Assembly: GCA_964035575.1 (NCBI GenBank)
Contig: OZ037846.1
Location: forward strand, 310,001-374,000
DNA: 64,000 bases
Reading direction: 5' to 3'
Source: Rhynchopus sp. YZ270_cl-10
Taxonomy: Eukaryota
Translations under genes and position numbers: made by a program
Shown: one piece after another, positions 58,514-64,000 of the stretch
Layout of the letters: the number at the start of each line of letters is the position of its first letter
Position numbering within the stretch: position 1 is the first letter of the stretch
The notes under the pieces: generated by a model
The model's database searches: none
The model's input: only the letters and a program-made list of their open reading frames with translations
What the model was told of the DNA's origin: nothing

Positions 58514-60086
58514 CGTTGGGCTTTTGATCCTCACAAACCTTTGCTATGTGTGGAGCAGGGGTGTGTGGATGTGTGTTGTGTGCACTGGTGGGTGGTGTGG
58601 GTTCAGTGTTGGGAGATGGACGTAACCGCCACAATCAAAGGGGTACTTTGCACAGAACTTACTCCAACACTCAACACATAGGTGATTTTTATTAGTCCCC
58701 CATAGCCGCATACATGGTCAGCGAATCATTTATTCGAGCTATTCGCTTTCCAAAAAAGCGAATAAAAGCCTCGTTCGCTTTTTATTCACTTTATTCGCCT
58801 TATTCGCGAAAGCTAATATAAGGCCAATAACGCTTCGCTCGGTAGGGCTGGGTATAATTGGAGTGGGATGGGGTAGGGGTGTCCTATTTTAGGGGTAATT
58901 ATCGCGCAAGTGGGTATTAACCAAGTACCCAGGTACCCAGACCCACTCAGTGTCACATGACATGAAAGTGTGACCTTAAGTATATCCTAGACATAAGGGA
59001 ATGTGACACCGCAAACATTCCCACCAGACCTGTGTTCGTGCACTTTCGGCACAACGCCACAGACAGGCCAAACAGCGTTAGACTCAGAGGCAGTGTCAAC
59101 CATGAGTAAACTCCCAGCAACAAGGGGCGCCTTTTGGCGGGCGTTGTTGAGGGTATTTGGGGTGCAAAGTTTTCCACAATTTTGATGCGCGGGTACAGAA
59201 ATGTTGTCTTGTTATTTCATCTCTAGGACCGGGAAAACATGGCCACGGGTGCGAATGTAAATGTCAATCGCGTTTAACCACTGGGGATCACGCTACTACC
59301 ACCCGCGATGACTTGGATCAAAACGATAATTCAGAACAAAACAACACCTTGGCCCGTACACACTAAATTGCCGCGCTTCAAGAGCATGACCTGACAAAAG
59401 GAGCGTGAATTGCGCACTGGTTTTCTGGGGAACGCAATATTGTGCCTAGTCCTCTGCAAGCAGAAGAGAGACTTTCCTGAAGGTTTCCAAAGGTAGAATT
59501 GCTTTGCAACGCTATATGCTCCCTGGGTTAAAATGGCTACGGCAGTTACTGACGTTCCCACCAACACCAAGCAACACGGCTGCACCTGCAGCATGGCGCC
59601 TTTATCTTGGCGTCGTTGCCGCCCACGGTTGCGGGTATTGTTTTGGGACAAGCGAGGCAACAGTGAGGCACGGGGTTATTTTGACTAAAATAGCAAAGAA
59701 GTGATCACAAATATGATTCTCCACCCCGCAGGGGGTCTGGCGAGTAGTTCCGAGGGGTTTTTGACATTTCTATATCATACGCTCAACGTCTTCGAAGCGC
59801 AGCAGCAGTGACGTTGCACACAGCACTGTTGCAGAAATACAAAAATACAGAGACTGATGCAGAGACGTGTCACAACGACGTCGTGCACTCTCGTTGGGTA
59901 AGAACACCACATTCTCATCTCGTTCATCACTCGATAAATGACGGTGGGCTTTACATTTCATGGAATCATGAATTCGACACAGATTGTTACTAAACTGGAC
60001 CAAACATTTCCCAAACACAGTTATCAAGAAAGGTCTGTTGAACGTGAAGCAAGTGCCAGATGTAAATCTGAGCAAACACAACAGTG

Positions 60087-61803
60087 CTACTTCACGGAAC
60101 ACATCCCAACACTGCACGTCCCAGAAGGAACTGCGTGTGCTGGTGTGCCAACCCCTCCCGCAGCTGTCCATGCCTCAGCAACGTCAAGGTCAGACTGCTC
60201 ACCACGCAGGTACCCACGCACGGTAATGTTGTACTCCTCCCAATGCTTCTTCCCACCTATCATGTACATCCACTCGTCAACTGCTCCTGCTGAAGCACTC
60301 AGCTGAGCCATCACTTCCGCCACAACCTGTGCCTCACAACCAGAGGCAACCTCCACCTTGCACGGAAGCAGACGCAACTGGTGTTCGCACTCAGCATCGC
60401 TGAAGCACATCCTGTTGCACACCACATCACACCCCAGCATACGCCCCACACGTTCCAGCCCGTTCACATCACGCACAAGCTCCCCCACCATGCTGAACCG
60501 ACGCATCACCTCGCAACCCATGTCACCACGCAGCACCTTCCCAGTCGCAACACCAGCATTCACCTTCTCACAAAAGCTGCTCGCACCCTTCAGAAGCAGG
60601 CTTGCTGCGTGCAGTGCAGATGTGGCATGTGTCGCACACTGCTTCGAGGCGTTGAACGAACAGTGGATCCTGTCCCCGATGAACACGTCCACCATCCCAC
60701 GTCTTGTCTCTGTTGCCTGCAGGGTCTTCAGGAGAAGAGTGGTGAAGAAGGAGGAGTGGGTCGCACTGTCCATCTCCAGCAAATGCAGGGTGTCCTTCAC
60801 GTTCAGTGTCAGCAGGGTTGCCTTCACCGAGGACAGACCCAGTGGCAGGCACATTGGCATGTTTGATACTTTCGAATGTGAGGACTCTGTGGATGTATCT
60901 GCTGTCTGTAAACTCACCCCCGTCGCTCTCTGAGTACATTCTGTCCACCTCATCCTGAAAAGGCAGACACGTCTTCGGGAGGTACGCTTTGTACATGCGC
61001 AGGTTCTTCTCCAGTCTCCACAAGGCAGCAGTCATCCCCTCAGGCAGGTCACCCCCATGCACGTCCAGCATCTCCGCCACCTGCTCCACGTCGTACCCCG
61101 CAAGAAGCGACGCAATCTCCTGCACAACGCTGATCGTGCGCCTCATTGACTCCTGCTCCTTCAGCACGTTGTGCGCAAACCTGCGTGTCACGAAGAAGTC
61201 GATCAGGAAGACAAACATAGTGGGAAACAGGCCAAGTGGAGGAAATGGTGTCTTGCAGGGAAGGAACTCGCAGTCTGCCTTTTCCAGAATCAACGCTCTC
61301 CTGCTGTGTTCACCTTCGTACGGGAACAACCCAGGAAGGTCAAACAAGCCAAACCTGAAGGATTCCTCACATCCCATGAGAAACAACCACACCACTGTCG
61401 CACCCACGAACCATGCACTGTACCGTGATGGGACTTCCATCACAAGCAACATGTCCACAACCAGGATCAGCATTGGCCAGGCAAAGTAACCAAAAGTGCG
61501 TGTGTCCAAATCCCATAAACAGATTCCAATGCCAATGAAGTACATATAGCCCACCACAAACGTGGTGTGCAGTTGCTGCTTGCAGAGCACCTTCACAATG
61601 CTAACGCACCCAGCTGTGACGACGATGCAATACCCGATTTTGAAAACCATCTTAGTCTGCATGTCGCTCTGCTCCTGAAGCAAAGACACAAGCAATGAGG
61701 TTGAAACTGAAACCAGACAGAACGCAAACATGATGGTGCGCTTCTTCACCTCGTCAGCACTGAGAGACCCGTCAATGGTCAGTGCGCTGTTCAGGCACCG
61801 CAT
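60087..61803 (-). pseudogene. Multi-TM cyclase-like protein, copy 6, frameshifted near 60905
   Basis: GCTGTCTGT versus GCTGTCTCTGT in paralogs (2-bp loss) splits the TM and cyclase parts into two ORFs; also a short in-frame deletion at the C-terminus. Confidence 0.75.
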
Positions 61804-62019
61804 CGTTGGGCTTTTGATCCTCACAAACCTTTGCTATGTGTGGAGCAGGGGTGTGTGGATGTGTGTTGTGTGCACTGGTGGGTGGTGTGGGTTCAGTGTT
61901 GGGAGATGGACGTAACCCGGTACTTTGCACAGAACTGATCTAACGCTCAACATATGGGTGATTTTTTTAGTACCTGCCCCACCCCATTCACATGCCCCCC
62001 TCCCAAGATGAGAATAAGT

Positions 62020-62069
62020 CCCGCACCCCGCACCCCGCACCCCGCACCCCGCACCCCGCACCCCGCACC
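62020..62069. repeat. (CCCGCAC)n short tandem repeat
   Basis: Directly visible. Confidence 0.95.
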
Positions 62070-62739
62070 GAGAGTCAGGAAATGCAACCTGGAGGAGACC
62101 TACAGCGCGCATGCAACCAAACTCCAGGCCCAAAGGGTTGCAGTCACAGGAGTCCCACAACAACGAATGGACACGCTTCCTCAAAGCATGGTCGGAATAA
62201 CAAATATCAGTCCAAGAAAAGCACTTTGTGCATTACTTTAGCACGCTCCACGAGATTTGCAGGAACTGTTCACCGTACCCAACCTTGATACCCCGTACTG
62301 GGTGCTCCGCAAGGGCAGTAGTCTAGAGAAACTTGCAAAATGCTATTCAATAATTTACACTCAATCCCAAATTTTTGTCCAGACTGGGTATTTTTTTAAA
62401 TAAAGAACAACTATTCAAAACCGTAAAATTCTTGCTTTAATTGATTTTTCTGGTAAAACCTATGAACACGCAAAAAAAATCGACCAGATTCGTTGAGTGA
62501 CTAAAACCCAATCACCCATAGAGAGAGAGACCCAAAACGGTGATTTTCCCTGTAATTCCTTAAGGAATTGCCTTTGCCATTTGAAAAAATATTATGACCG
62601 CAAAAATGGCAACATGTAATCTGTGATGCTCAAAAGTGCAAAATTCTTGCTCCAATGGATTCTCCGGGTATACATTGTACCTGGAGAATATGCTCATATC
62701 ACTCTTCAGACCATCTGGGGTATGGTCACACACAGGTAG

Positions 62740-63622
62740 TATACACAGTATTCACAGTATACACAGTGCTCACAGTATACACAGTATACACAGTATACAC
62801 AGTATACACAGTATACACAGTATACACAGTATACACAGTATACACAGTATACACAGTATACACAGTATACACAGTATACACAGTATACACAGTATACACA
62901 GTATACACAGTATACACAGTATACACAGTATACACAGTATACACAGTATACACAGTATACACAGTATACACAGTATACACAGTATACACAGTATACACAG
63001 TATACACAGTATACACAGTATACACAGTATACACAGTATACACAGTATACACAGTATACACAGTATACACAGTATACACAGTATACACAGTATACACAGT
63101 ATACACAGTATACACAGTATACACAGTATACACAGGGGATTGGGAGTACAGTACAGTACAGTACAGTACAGTACAGTACAGTACAGTACAGTACAGTACA
63201 GTACAGTACAGTACAGTACAGTACAGTACAGTACAGTACAGTACAGTACAGTACAGTACAGTACAGTACAGTACAGTACAGTACAGTACAGTACAGTACA
63301 GTACAGTACAGTACAGTACAGTACAGTACAGTACAGTACAGTACAGTACAGTACAGTACAGTACAGTACAGTACAGTACAGTACAGTACAGTACAGTACA
63401 GTACAGTACAGTACAGTACAGTACAGTACAGTACAGTACAGTACAGTACAGTACAGTACAGTACAGTACAGTACAGTACAGTACAGTACAGTACAGTACA
63501 GTACAGTACAGTACAGTACAGTACAGTACAGTACAGTACAGTACAGTACAGTACAGTACAGTACAGTACAGTACAGTACAGTACAGTACAGTACAGTACA
63601 GTACAGTACAGTACAGTACAGT
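62740..63622. repeat. Compound satellite: (CAGTATACA)n then (CAGTA)n
   Basis: Same units and order as 26563-28130, separated here by a short GGGGATTGGG spacer. Confidence 0.98.
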
Positions 63623-64000
63623 GCGATTCACATATCAGACAAGATCTCGTTAGGCGTATACTTCTGGGCCTCGTTCACTTCATAAACCACAGATGCAATT
63701 TTTTGAGCCTACGACCCCACATTTAACTCATTTCGATCCGCAGATTTCAATCCCAAAAAATATTTCAAAAAAATATTTCTGGTGTGGCACCTTAACCGAT
63801 TCTCCGTGGTTCTACCCGTTGTCCCTCCGTAAAGGGGGGGTATGGATGTTGGAAAACAGGCCTTCATATGCACCTTCGGTTCAACGTCGCAGGCAGGCCA
63901 AACAGCGTTTTGAATTTGTTGTTTGTGAGCTACCCGCATGTGGAAGGCCCACTTCTCAGAATTCACGACATTTTTTCTCGACCCGATTGGTGGAGTACAT

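Overview
Eukaryotic, transposon-rich DNA. It is most likely from a euglenozoan protist (diplonemid-like). That assignment is inferred from a VIPER/TATE-type tyrosine-recombinase retroelement, an Ingi/L1Tc-type LINE with a 2A-like motif, expanded membrane cyclase-like genes and CA-rich splice acceptors. Host genes: six paralogous multi-TM class III nucleotide-cyclase-like genes in two tandem triplets (one frameshifted), a 7-exon trehalose-6-phosphate synthase/phosphatase gene reconstructed with GT-AG introns, a 2-exon EF-hand protein, and a small TM/F-box-like ORF. Mobile DNA: the 3' part of a YR retrotransposon with split direct repeats plus a solo repeat elsewhere, a full-length APE-RT-RNase H LINE, a hAT transposase element, a second DDE-like TIR element, and several hAT MITEs with clean 8-bp TSDs. 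A ~9.3-kb train of TIR elements sits in a G-tract whose empty allele is also in the window. Several GTA/TAC-core satellites lie in or next to these elements. The most unusual signal is a group of GGC-ended TIR elements, including the hAT-transposase element, that are flanked by TA instead of an 8-bp TSD; two of them sit exactly on the terminal TA of another element. All alignments were done by eye and no database searches were run.
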